Source of the DNA: an uncultured Actinomycetota bacterium
Lineage (GTDB): Bacteria; Actinomycetota; Actinomycetes; Mycobacteriales; Mycobacteriaceae
Length of the DNA stretch: 64,000 bases
Reading direction: 5' to 3'
NCBI GenBank assembly: GCA_963698965.1
Contig: CAVOSY010000037.1
Coordinates: forward strand, 55,141-119,140
Shown here: positions 19,273 through 28,542 of the stretch, in pieces
How the letters are laid out: every line of letters starts with the position of its first letter
Position numbering within the stretch: position 1 is the stretch's first letter
The notes under the pieces: generated by a model
Databases searched by the model: none
What the model saw: only the letters and a program-made list of their open reading frames with translations
What the model was told of the DNA's origin: nothing
Program-made: the position numbers and the translations under genes

Positions 19273-20000
19273 CTCGGTTCGATCCTGCCCAATCCCACCC
19301 GGCTCTGATCCTGACGGCGCACGGGAGTGCCGATCCGCGATCGGCGGAATCGGCACATGAGGTGGCGCACACCATCCGAAGGATGCGACGCGATGTCGAC
19401 GTCCGGGTGGCGTTCTGCGAGCAGAACTTTCCCAATCTGCAGGACGTGCTCGCGGCGACCGGGCGCAACGCCGTCGTGGTGCCGCTGCTGCTCGCCGACG
19501 CGTATCACGCGCGCATCGACATCCCGGCCCTCATCGCACAATCCGGGGTCGATGCCCGGCAGGCCGACGTGCTCGGCGAGGACGACAGGCTCGTTGCGGT
19601 CCTCCGGCAACGCCTGACACATGCGGGCGTGTCGCAACTCGACCCTGACGTCGGCATCCTCGTCACGGCGGTGGGATCCTCACGGCCCCAAGCCAATGCA
19701 CGCACGGCGCTGGTCGCAGACTTTCTCACGCAGCACACGCGGTGGACCGCCACCACCGCCTTTGCCACCGGGGCTCAACCGACGCTGGCCGATGCCGCCG
19801 ACATTCTGCGCGATCGCGGCGCCACCCGGTTGGTCATCGCGCCCTGGTTCCTCGCCCACGGTCGGATCACCGATCGCATCGCCGAATTTGCACGCGCACA
19901 AGGGATTCTGATGGCGGCCCCGCTCGGCCCGCACCGATTGGTGGCCGATACGGTGCTGGACCGCTTCGACCATGCGGTCGCCGAACGCGCAGCGGCCTGA
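19269..20000 (+). CDS. che1: Sirohydrochlorin chelatase
   Basis: LTAHGSADPRS, PLLLADAYHARIDIP, APWFLAHG CbiX/SirB motifs. Confidence 0.88.
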   Translation: MTRFDPAQSHPALILTAHGSADPRSAESAHEVAHTIRRMRRDVDVRVAFCEQNFPNLQDVLAATGRNAVVVPLLLADAYHARIDIPALIAQSGVDARQADVLGEDDRLVAVLRQRLTHAGVSQLDPDVGILVTAVGSSRPQANARTALVADFLTQHTRWTATTAFATGAQPTLADAADILRDRGATRLVIAPWFLAHGRITDRIAEFARAQGILMAAPLGPHRLVADTVLDRFDHAVAERAAA

Positions 20001-20003
20001 GCC

Positions 20004-20909
20004 TCAGCCGGTGAGGTCGGTGCGGGTTGCCTGTGCGGCCGTCCCACCGAACGACCGGGTGGACAGGCTGCCGCAGAGCACCGCACGCTGAAGACAGTCC
20101 CGACTCGGCAGGCCCTCGACCATCGCGCTGATGAAACCGGCGTCGAACGAATCGCCCGCGCCGGTGGTGTCGACGGCGTCGACCGGCGATGCCGGCTCCG
20201 TCATGGTCTCGGTATCCGTCCACAGGATCCCGCCGCTGGCACCGTTCTTCAGCGCCACCGTACAGCCAAGGCTCACAACGCGGCGCGCCGCATCGTCAAG
20301 GTCGAGCCCGCCCGTCAGCGCCAGCAGCTCAACGACGTTGGGGAACAACACGTCAGTGTGTTCCAGCAGGGGCAGCACACCGGTCCAGCGTTCCGCCGGA
20401 TCCCAGTTGGTGTCCAGCGAGCATGTCGCACCGCCGGCCCTGGCGCGGCGGAACACTTCCGGCAGGTGTGGCGCGAGCTTGGGCTGCAGGAACATCGACG
20501 CGCTGTGCACGTGACGCACCCGGGTCAGCAGGTCGGCGTCCACAACCTCGGGTCCGGTCGAGGCCAGGGTGCCCGGGTAAGTCAGTATTGCCCGGTCACC
20601 GGCAGACAGGACGACGGTGACCGCGGTGGAGACGTTGGGGTCGGTGCGAATCCACGAGGTGTCGACGCCGGAGGCGGCGAGTTCGTCGCGGACGAAGCGG
20701 CCGAATGCGTCATCGCCGACTGTCGCGGCCAGCGCGGTGGGAACGCCGAGCCGAGAAAGACCGCTGGCCACGATCGCAGCGGACCCACCCAGCACAAGGT
20801 CCGCGGCGTCGACCAATTTCTCAACCTGACCGAACCGCGGTTCGACGTCACCGCTGAGCACCAGGTCGGGATTGGCGTCGCCGATCACCAGTACCTCGGG
20901 CGCCCGCAT
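20004..20909 (-). CDS. PfkB-family carbohydrate kinase
   Basis: GGSAAIVA, VGDDAFG, VDTTGAGDSFDAG signature. Confidence 0.93.
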   Translation of the reverse strand: MRAPEVLVIGDANPDLVLSGDVEPRFGQVEKLVDAADLVLGGSAAIVASGLSRLGVPTALAATVGDDAFGRFVRDELAASGVDTSWIRTDPNVSTAVTVVLSAGDRAILTYPGTLASTGPEVVDADLLTRVRHVHSASMFLQPKLAPHLPEVFRRARAGGATCSLDTNWDPAERWTGVLPLLEHTDVLFPNVVELLALTGGLDLDDAARRVVSLGCTVALKNGASGGILWTDTETMTEPASPVDAVDTTGAGDSFDAGFISAMVEGLPSRDCLQRAVLCGSLSTRSFGGTAAQATRTDLTG

Positions 20910-21027
20910 AGCAATCCTTGTCGAAGAGTCGGTGACGACCGTACGCACACCGTCGTCCGCGCACAAACGCACGCCTTGGTCCGCACATTATTGAGCGATG
21001 TGCGCGAAATGCGCAATACTGACCACC

Positions 21028-22338
21028 ATGAAACCAACGATCGTGATCATCGGAGCAGGCAGTGTCGTGTTCACCCGCGAGCTGCTCGGCGACATCTTCT
21101 CGTTTCCCGAGCTGGCCGCGGTGCGCGTCGTCCTGCACGACATCGACGCCGAGCGGCTCGAGACGGCGGAAGCGATCACGCACGCGACCGCACGCGCGGC
21201 CCAGGCGCACCCCGAAGTCGTCACGGCCCTCGACCGACGCCGTGCACTGGACGGCGCCGACTACGTCATCAATGTGATCCAGGTGGGGATGCACGACGCC
21301 ACCGTGCGCGATTTCGACATCCCGGCCCGCCACGGCCTGCACCAGACCATCGGCGACACCATCGGCATCGGCGGAATCTTCCGGGGGCTGAGGACCTTTC
21401 CGGTGCTCGCCGGCATCGCCGCGGACATGGCGGAGGTCTGCCCGGACGCGTGGCTGCTGAACTACACCAACCCCATGGCCATGAACGTCACCTTCCTGCA
21501 CCACGTCGCACCGAAGCTGAAGGTGCTGGGTCTGTGCCACTCGGTGCACTGGACGATGGTCGGGTTGTGCGAGCTCATCGACGTTCCGTTCGACGATGTC
21601 CACTACTGGTCGGCCGGCGTCAATCACCAGGCCTGGGTGCTGCGATGGGAACGCCAGGGTGAGAACCTGTATCCGCTGTTGGACGAGCGCATCGCGGCGA
21701 ATCCGGAACTGCGACGACGGGTGCGCGTCGACATGTACCGCCGACTCGGGTATTACCCGACCGAAACCAGCGAGCACTCCAGCGAGTACGTCCCGTGGTA
21801 TCTGCACCACCCATCCGAGGTCGACCGGCTACGGCTCAATGTCGGCGAGTACGTCGGCATCAGCGAGGCCAACCTGGCCGAGTACCAGCAGGTCCGCGCC
21901 GACCTCGCTCACACGGACACCCTCGAAATCGATTCAGGATCAACCGAATACGCCCCGCAGGTAATCCACTCGCTAGAGACCGGCACCCTCCGCGTCATCG
22001 CGGCCAATGTGGCCAACGACGGGCTGATCACCAACCTGCCCGACGGTTTCGCGGTGGAAGTTCCGACCGTGCTCGACGCACTGGGCGCGCATCCGGTCAA
22101 GGTCGGTGACCTGCCGCCGCAGTGCGCCGCACTCAACCGCTGTTACATCGGCCCCGGGGAACTCGCCGTCCGAGCCGCCGTGGACGGCGATCCGCGCCTG
22201 GTGCCCGCGGCGGCCATGCTGGATCCCAACACGGCCGCGACCCTGACCGTCGACGAGATCTGGCAGCTGTGCGCCGAGTTGACGACCGCGCACGGTGATC
22301 TGCTGCCCGAGGCGCTCCGATCGCCCGCCCAGTCTTAG
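21028..22338 (+). CDS. GH4 NAD+/Mn2+-dependent alpha-galactosidase (MelA-like)
   Basis: IIGAGSVVF Rossmann motif, QTIGDTIGIGGIFR, NYTNPM, GLCHSV, GVNHQAW; probably leaderless. Confidence 0.9.
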   Translation: MKPTIVIIGAGSVVFTRELLGDIFSFPELAAVRVVLHDIDAERLETAEAITHATARAAQAHPEVVTALDRRRALDGADYVINVIQVGMHDATVRDFDIPARHGLHQTIGDTIGIGGIFRGLRTFPVLAGIAADMAEVCPDAWLLNYTNPMAMNVTFLHHVAPKLKVLGLCHSVHWTMVGLCELIDVPFDDVHYWSAGVNHQAWVLRWERQGENLYPLLDERIAANPELRRRVRVDMYRRLGYYPTETSEHSSEYVPWYLHHPSEVDRLRLNVGEYVGISEANLAEYQQVRADLAHTDTLEIDSGSTEYAPQVIHSLETGTLRVIAANVANDGLITNLPDGFAVEVPTVLDALGAHPVKVGDLPPQCAALNRCYIGPGELAVRAAVDGDPRLVPAAAMLDPNTAATLTVDEIWQLCAELTTAHGDLLPEALRSPAQS

Positions 22339-22424
22339 CGGGCACCCGTCGTGCGCACCGAAACGCTCAGTCATTTGTGCGCGTTCTTGCGCAATATGAA
22401 CAGCTGTGCGCATACTATCGACTC

Positions 22425-23294
22425 ATGACGGTGACAGGAACGGAGATCCAGTCCCAGCCCGCACTCTGGCGCCAGGCCGCCACCGGGCCGACCCCGGCGG
22501 CGCTGAGCGCGCGTGGTCAGCGGATGCTCGTAATCGGCTGCGGTACATCGGCATTCATCGCGATGGCGTATGCGGCTCAACGTGAGCAGGCCGGGTTCGG
22601 CGAGACGGACTGGGCCTACGCTTCGGAGATACCGGCGTCGCGTCACTATGACACCGTCCTGGCGATCACCCGGTCGGGCACGACCACTGAGATCATCGAC
22701 GCGGTGAAGCGGCTCGACGCCGGCACCAAGGTCGTGCTGACGGCGGTCGCAGGAGGTCCCCTTTCCGGGCTGGTCGACGAGGAGGTCGCGCTCGGTTTCG
22801 CCGACGAGGTGAGCATCGTGCAGACCCGCTTCCCGACCACGGCGCTGACACTGCTGCGCACGGCCCTCGGCCAGGATGTCGAGTCGGCGATCGCCGATGC
22901 AGAAACGGCGGTCCGGGACGCCCTACCGGTCGATCCAGCCACCTTCGACCACTTCGTCTACCTCGGCGCCGGCTGGACCGTCGGCCTGGCCCACGAGGCG
23001 GCGCTCAAGATGCGCGAGGCTGCGCAGGCCTGGAGTGAGTCGTACCCGGCGATGGACTACCGGCATGGGCCGATCGCGGTCGCCGGGCCGAAAAGCCTGG
23101 TATGGATGCTCGGCACGCCGCCGCCCGGCCTGGTCGAGCAAATCGAAGACACTGGCGCCGTCGTCGTGACCAGCGACCTGGACCCGTTGGCCCAACTGGT
23201 CCAGACCCAACGCAGTGCGGTGGCCGTCGCCGCCGCCCGCGGACTCGATCCCGACGAGCCCCGTGGCCTGACCCGGTCGGTGGTGTTGACGTGA
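22425..23294 (+). CDS. SIS-domain sugar-phosphate isomerase (AgaS/GlmS-like)
   Basis: EIQSQP, GCGTS, ITRSGTTTE, EAALKMRE, YRHGP; TACTAT -10 6 nt before ATG (leaderless). Confidence 0.88.
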   Translation: MTVTGTEIQSQPALWRQAATGPTPAALSARGQRMLVIGCGTSAFIAMAYAAQREQAGFGETDWAYASEIPASRHYDTVLAITRSGTTTEIIDAVKRLDAGTKVVLTAVAGGPLSGLVDEEVALGFADEVSIVQTRFPTTALTLLRTALGQDVESAIADAETAVRDALPVDPATFDHFVYLGAGWTVGLAHEAALKMREAAQAWSESYPAMDYRHGPIAVAGPKSLVWMLGTPPPGLVEQIEDTGAVVVTSDLDPLAQLVQTQRSAVAVAAARGLDPDEPRGLTRSVVLT

Positions 23295-23329
23295 TGCGAC
23301 CCCTCGCGGCGGCGATCAAAATTCGATTG

Positions 23330-23367
23330 CGCGAATGCGCACTGCATATTGCGCATTCGCGTATAAT
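23330..23367 (+). promoter_or_regulatory. Operator palindrome abutting TATAAT, upstream of sugar ABC operon
   Basis: CGCGAATGCGCA-N8-TGCGCATTCGCG perfect 12-bp inverted repeat followed directly by TATAAT. Confidence 0.7.
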
Positions 23368-23458
23368 CCTCGACCATACCGCGCGGGAGCTGCGCAGCTC
23401 CACACAACGCACCTCGGTGCCGTCCGCCCATCCGGCTCCATGTGAAGGAGTGTCGACT

Positions 23459-24745
23459 GTGACCCGCCCACGCCTCTTGCTCGTCCTGATCGCAGCCCTC
23501 ACCCTCGCGCTCGCCGCCTGCGGCGGCGGTGGCGGTGGGGGTTCTGCAGGTGGGCCCACCAAGATCACGGTCTGGAACGGCTGGACCGACGTGCAGGCCG
23601 AGAATTTCACCAAGCTGCTCGACCAGTACAACAAGGAGCATCCCGACGTCCAGGTGACCCAACTGGTCACCCCGAGCGACCAGGTGCTGCAGAAGGTGCT
23701 GACCGCGGTCCGCGGCAACAGCGCGCCCGATGTCGCGTACATGTTCGGCTCGTGGTCGCCGAACATCGCCGAGATACCTCAGGTCGTGAACATGGCGGAG
23801 TACGTCAAGCAACCCGACTGGAAGTGGGATGACTTCTACCCAGGTGAGCGGGCCGCTGCGACCGTCGGTGACAAAGTGGTCGGTGTGCCCGCACTCGTCG
23901 ACAACCTCGCGATCGTCTACAACAAGACGCTGTTCGAACAGGCCGGACTGACACCGCCGACGCCGGAGTGGACGTGGGATGACTTCCGTTCGGCCGCAGC
24001 CAAACTGACCGATCCCGCGAAGGGCCAGTACGGCTGGTCGATTCCCGCCGATGGCTCCGAGGACACCGTCTGGCACTACCTGCCGATGCTATGGGAGGCA
24101 GGCGGCGACCTCCTGACCCCGGACAACCAGCACGCGGCATTCAACTCCGAAGCCGGTGTCAAAGCGCTGACCACACTGCAGCAGATGGCCGTCACCGACA
24201 AGTCGCTCTACGTGGACACCACGAACCAGGAGTACTCGAAGCTGTTCACCGCCGGAAAGATCGGGATGCTGGTCACCGGGCCGTGGGATCTCGGCACCTT
24301 CAGCGACGTCGACTACGGCGTTCAGATCATGCCCACCTACACCGGATCGGCCGGCGGCCATCAGACCATCTCCGGGCCCGACAACTGGGTGGTGTTCGAC
24401 AACGGCGCACAACGCAAGCAGGCGGCCATCGACTTCGTGAAGTGGCTGACCGCAGCGCCGCAGGTCAAGTCGACCTCACTGACCACAGCGGATCTGCCTA
24501 CCCGCATTTCCGTCGGCGACGACTCAGCGTTCGTCGCAGAGCTCAACGAAAAGCAGCCCGGCTCAGAAGTTTTCGTGCACAATCTGGCCAACGCACAGAA
24601 GGCCAGGCCGACCGTCTCCCAGTATCCCAAGATCTCCGAGGCGCTGGGTCAGGCCATCGTGTCCGTTCTGCTCGGCAAAGCCCAACCCGCCGACGCGCTC
24701 AACACGGCGGCTCAGACGACGGATGCAGCGCTTGCCGAGAAGTAG
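23459..24745 (+). CDS. Sugar ABC transporter substrate-binding lipoprotein
   Basis: GAAGGAG RBS, GTG start, LAAC lipobox, CUT1 SBP motifs. Confidence 0.92.
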   Translation: MTRPRLLLVLIAALTLALAACGGGGGGGSAGGPTKITVWNGWTDVQAENFTKLLDQYNKEHPDVQVTQLVTPSDQVLQKVLTAVRGNSAPDVAYMFGSWSPNIAEIPQVVNMAEYVKQPDWKWDDFYPGERAAATVGDKVVGVPALVDNLAIVYNKTLFEQAGLTPPTPEWTWDDFRSAAAKLTDPAKGQYGWSIPADGSEDTVWHYLPMLWEAGGDLLTPDNQHAAFNSEAGVKALTTLQQMAVTDKSLYVDTTNQEYSKLFTAGKIGMLVTGPWDLGTFSDVDYGVQIMPTYTGSAGGHQTISGPDNWVVFDNGAQRKQAAIDFVKWLTAAPQVKSTSLTTADLPTRISVGDDSAFVAELNEKQPGSEVFVHNLANAQKARPTVSQYPKISEALGQAIVSVLLGKAQPADALNTAAQTTDAALAEK

Positions 24746-25652
24746 CGGGGCGGTCCGGACGCCGTCACCGCTGCGCCGGTTCCTGCGCTCGGACAATGCG
24801 AACGGGTGGGCGCTGACCGCTCCCGGCGTGATCCTGATCGGCATCTTCGGGCTGCTGCCGGTGCTGATGTCGCTACAGCTGTCCTTTCAGAAATCCGACC
24901 TGCTGACACCCGAGACACCGTGGGTCGGCACCGAGAATTACCGCAGACTCGCCGACGACCCGGTGTTCGCCGAGGCGATCAAGCACACGCTGATCTATAC
25001 CGCGCTGTTCGTCCCCGGCACCATGCTCGTCGGCCTGTTCATCGCGGCGGCGATGAACCGGTCGATTCGGTTCATCGCCTTCTACCGCACCACCGCGTAC
25101 ATCACGATGGCGGTGTCGACCATCTCGCAAGCCATCGCCTTCCTCTGGCTGACAAACCGCGATTTCGGCTTGATCAACGCGGCTCTCGGCGTGGTCGGAA
25201 TCTCGCCACAACCGTTCCTCGCCTCCCCCTCGCAAGCCTTGTACGTCATCGTGGCGATGACCATCTGGGGCTGGACCGGGTTCTCGGTGATCGTGTATCT
25301 GGCTGCGCTGCAAGGCGTCCCGCCCGAACTGCACGAAGCCGCCGCCATCGACGGTGCGAGCCGGTTCACCCGGTTCCGCACCATCACCGTGCCGCTGCTC
25401 GGGCCGGCCAACCTGTTCCTGATGGTGTGGTTGACCATCAATGCGTTGCAACTGTTCGACGTGGTCTACCAGACCACCCGCGGCGGACCCCTGCGCGCCA
25501 CCACCGTGATCGTCTACTACCTGTGGGACAGGGCCTTCGTCCAGTTCGACGCCGGCTACGCCGCGGCAATGGCCTACGTCCTCTTCGTGGTCATCGTCGT
25601 CGTCACCGCGGTGCAGTTCCGCATCGCCCGGAGATACGCGTATCACCCATGA
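24723..25652 (+). CDS. Carbohydrate ABC transporter permease 1 (start uncertain)
   Basis: EAAAIDGA EAA loop; multiple TM helices. Confidence 0.9.
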   Translation: MQRLPRSSGAVRTPSPLRRFLRSDNANGWALTAPGVILIGIFGLLPVLMSLQLSFQKSDLLTPETPWVGTENYRRLADDPVFAEAIKHTLIYTALFVPGTMLVGLFIAAAMNRSIRFIAFYRTTAYITMAVSTISQAIAFLWLTNRDFGLINAALGVVGISPQPFLASPSQALYVIVAMTIWGWTGFSVIVYLAALQGVPPELHEAAAIDGASRFTRFRTITVPLLGPANLFLMVWLTINALQLFDVVYQTTRGGPLRATTVIVYYLWDRAFVQFDAGYAAAMAYVLFVVIVVVTAVQFRIARRYAYHP

Positions 25653-26551
25653 TCGGCGACACCATGGCGGCCTCCGACCTGACCAACTCCGCGCCAGAAG
25701 CGCCCACGCCGAAGCGTCTCCGACTGCCGTTCAGCCCGTGGCATCTGGTGCTCATCCCGCTGTCGTTTCTGCTTGTGCTTCCACTGGTGTGGATGCTGGT
25801 CACGTCACTGCAGACGACGAGTGAGTCCAACCGTTTCCCGCCGGTCCTCCCCCAACACCCGCGGCTACAGAACTACCCGGACGCCTGGGCCACGGCGCCG
25901 TTCGGTCATTTCTTCCTCAACAGCGCGCTCGTCACGCTGGTGGTGCTGATGAGCAACCTCGTGCTGTGCAGCCTGGCCGGGTACGCATTCGCCCGAATTC
26001 GGTTCCTGGGCCGCGGAATTCTGTTTGCGACCCTGATGGCCACCCTGATGGTGCCGTTCCAGGTCAGCATGATCCCGATCTTCCTGATCGTGAAATGGTT
26101 CGGCGACAACGTGTGGTTCGGGCTGGGTGTCGACCACATCGGCGCGCTGATGTTGCCGAATCTGGCCACCGTGTTCGGCATCTTCTTCCTGCGGCAGTTC
26201 TTTCTGACCGTCCCGGTGGAACTCGAGGACGCCGCCCGCGTCGACGGGACATCGCGACTGGGCGTGCTCGTGAAAATCGTGCTGCCGCTGTCGTTGCCTG
26301 CGTTGTCGACGCTGGCGGCGCTGACCATTCTGACCTCATGGAACGACTTCCTGTGGCCGCTCATCGCCGTCACCTCGCCCGACCAGATGACGGTTCCGTT
26401 GGGGCTCAGCTACTTTCAGGGCGCTCACTTCACCAACTGGCCGCTGCTCATGGCGGCGAATGTGATGAGCATATTGCCCATGCTGCTCGTATTCATCGTG
26501 GCACAGCGGTTTTTCGTCCAATCGGTAGCCAGCACCGGACTGAAGGGCTGA
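25649..26551 (+). CDS. Carbohydrate ABC transporter permease 2
   Basis: ATGA overlap; ELEDAARVDG EAA loop, SWNDFLWPL. Confidence 0.92.
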   Translation: MIGDTMAASDLTNSAPEAPTPKRLRLPFSPWHLVLIPLSFLLVLPLVWMLVTSLQTTSESNRFPPVLPQHPRLQNYPDAWATAPFGHFFLNSALVTLVVLMSNLVLCSLAGYAFARIRFLGRGILFATLMATLMVPFQVSMIPIFLIVKWFGDNVWFGLGVDHIGALMLPNLATVFGIFFLRQFFLTVPVELEDAARVDGTSRLGVLVKIVLPLSLPALSTLAALTILTSWNDFLWPLIAVTSPDQMTVPLGLSYFQGAHFTNWPLLMAANVMSILPMLLVFIVAQRFFVQSVASTGLKG

Positions 26552-26582
26552 GCGTGACACGGCAATCGGAAGCAGGGGCAGC

Positions 26583-27677
26583 TTGGCAGAGGTAGAGTTC
26601 TGCGGCGTCACACGCCGCTACGCAGGAAATGTGGTCGCGCTCAACAATCTCGACCTCAAGGTCGACGATGGCGAATTCCTGATCCTGGTCGGCCCGTCAG
26701 GCTGCGGCAAGAGCACGGCGCTGCGCCTGCTAGCGGGTTTGGACAAACCCACATCGGGCGAGATCAAGATCGGCGGTGACTCGGTGAACCGGCTCAGCCC
26801 CGGCGAGCGCGATATCGCGATGGTGTTCCAGAACTATGCCCTATACCCACACATGAGCGTCTACGCGAACCTGGCGTACGGACTGCGTCAGCGCAGGACG
26901 CCGCGGGCCGAAGTCGAACAACGGGTCCGTGAGACCGCGCGCCTGCTCGACATCGGCGAACTGCTCGACCGCAAACCTGGCCAGCTCTCCGGTGGCCAGA
27001 GACAGCGAGTCGCGATGGGCCGTGCGCTGGTTCGTCGGCCGCGGGCTTTCCTGCTCGACGAGCCGCTGTCGAATCTCGACGCGAAGCTGCGCACCCAGGT
27101 TCGCGGCGACCTCAAGCGACTGCATCGCAAGGTGCCGGTCACCTCCATTTACGTGACGCACGACCAGGTGGAGGCGATGACACTGGGCGATCGGCTGTGC
27201 GTGATGGCCGCCGGCGAAGTGCAGCAGATCGGAACCCCCGATGAGATCTACAACCGGCCGGCCAACACGTTCGTCGCGGCATTCATGGGCAGCCCCCCAA
27301 TGAACTTGCTGCCGGGTTCCGTGCGCCATGGCGTACTGCACGTCGGAGAAGCGCCGCTCGCCACCGTGCACGCGCCCGACGGCCCGGCCACCGTCGGCAT
27401 CCGGCCCGAGCATCTGCTCGTGTGCCCGCCCTCGGTGCACGGCACGGTGCCTGCCCAGGTCGACTTTTGCGAACCGCTCGGCAGCCACGTGCTGGTCAAC
27501 GCGCTCGTCGAGGCGTCCGACAACGCGCCGACCAGTGTTGTGGTGCAGGCGCCGCCCGACACCGTGTTGGACGTCGGCACCTCTGTCGCCCTGAAATTCA
27601 ACCCGGAGAAGACCTACCTGTTCGATGCCGTGACGGGTAGTGCACGGGTGACCCGCGAGCGGATCTCGCTGGCATGA
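26583..27677 (+). CDS. Sugar ABC transporter ATP-binding subunit (MalK/UgpC-like)
   Basis: [30 protein letters not shown]. Confidence 0.95.
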   Translation: MAEVEFCGVTRRYAGNVVALNNLDLKVDDGEFLILVGPSGCGKSTALRLLAGLDKPTSGEIKIGGDSVNRLSPGERDIAMVFQNYALYPHMSVYANLAYGLRQRRTPRAEVEQRVRETARLLDIGELLDRKPGQLSGGQRQRVAMGRALVRRPRAFLLDEPLSNLDAKLRTQVRGDLKRLHRKVPVTSIYVTHDQVEAMTLGDRLCVMAAGEVQQIGTPDEIYNRPANTFVAAFMGSPPMNLLPGSVRHGVLHVGEAPLATVHAPDGPATVGIRPEHLLVCPPSVHGTVPAQVDFCEPLGSHVLVNALVEASDNAPTSVVVQAPPDTVLDVGTSVALKFNPEKTYLFDAVTGSARVTRERISLA

Positions 27678-27700
27678 CGCCACGCGTTCGGCGGCGGCGC

Positions 27701-28471
27701 CTACCCCTCTTTCACCGGGGCGACGATCACTTCGATGTGCGCGGACTCGGCGGCCTTACGCGTCGCGGGATCGATGCCCGAGTCGGTGACCAGTGTGTCG
27801 ATGGCGTCGGGCCCGCAGATCCTGGCGAACGTCACCTTTCCGATCTTGGAGCTGTCCGCAATCACGATGGTGCGCTTGGCCTGCCGGATGAAGGCCAGAT
27901 CGGTGTGCGCCTCCATTTCGTCGTGCGTGGTACACCCGTCAGTCACAGTGAAGCCGTCGGTGCCGACGAACGCGATGTCGAGGTGGTACTGGGCGATCAT
28001 CGCTTCGGCCGCCGGCCCCACCAGCTCGTAGGACGCGTGCCGCGCGTTGCCCCCGACCACGACGAGCCGGATGTTCGGCCGCGCAACGAGTTCCGCGGCG
28101 ATGTTGAGGGCATTGGTGACGACGGTGAGATCGCGGCGATCGGCCAGCGCGCGTACCACCTCGGTCGCCGTCGTGCCGCCCGTCATGCCCACCACTTCGC
28201 CGTCACGGACGAGCTTGGCGGCGTGCAGGCCGATCGCGCGCTTCTGCCGCAACTGCCTGGACGCCTTGTACCGGATGGGCATTTCCAGACCGGCAGGCTT
28301 GGGGAGCGCGCCGCCGTGCGTGCGGCGCAGCAACCCCTGTTCGTGCAGGGTCTGCAGATCGCGACGGATGGTGGCGGCCGAGACGTCGAACTCCTCGGCC
28401 AAGCGGGCGACGTCGACACTGCCGTGCTCGACCACGCGATCGAGGATCTCGGCGAGTCGTTCTGCTTTCAC
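27701..28471 (-). CDS. DeoR/GlpR (AgaR-like) transcriptional regulator
   Basis: SAATIRRDLQTL, RRTHGGA, GGTTATEV, VVTNALNIA; GTG start at 28471. Confidence 0.93.
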   Translation of the reverse strand: MKAERLAEILDRVVEHGSVDVARLAEEFDVSAATIRRDLQTLHEQGLLRRTHGGALPKPAGLEMPIRYKASRQLRQKRAIGLHAAKLVRDGEVVGMTGGTTATEVVRALADRRDLTVVTNALNIAAELVARPNIRLVVVGGNARHASYELVGPAAEAMIAQYHLDIAFVGTDGFTVTDGCTTHDEMEAHTDLAFIRQAKRTIVIADSSKIGKVTFARICGPDAIDTLVTDSGIDPATRKAAESAHIEVIVAPVKEG

Positions 28472-28484
28472 GCACGAAGTGTAC

Positions 28485-28510
28485 GTGTTCGTTTTCGCCA
28501 AAACGAACAC
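28485..28510. promoter_or_regulatory. Perfect inverted repeat in the deoR/kbaZ divergent promoter
   Basis: GTGTTCGTTTT-CGCC-AAAACGAACAC. Confidence 0.65.
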
Positions 28511-28542
28511 ATATGCGCAACAATTCGAAAGGAGGCGGCCGC

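Noticed and set aside
24806-25648. Apparent 581-aa permease fusion
   Set aside because: The upstream part is an off-frame read-through of permease 1; the real start is the ATGA overlap at 25649
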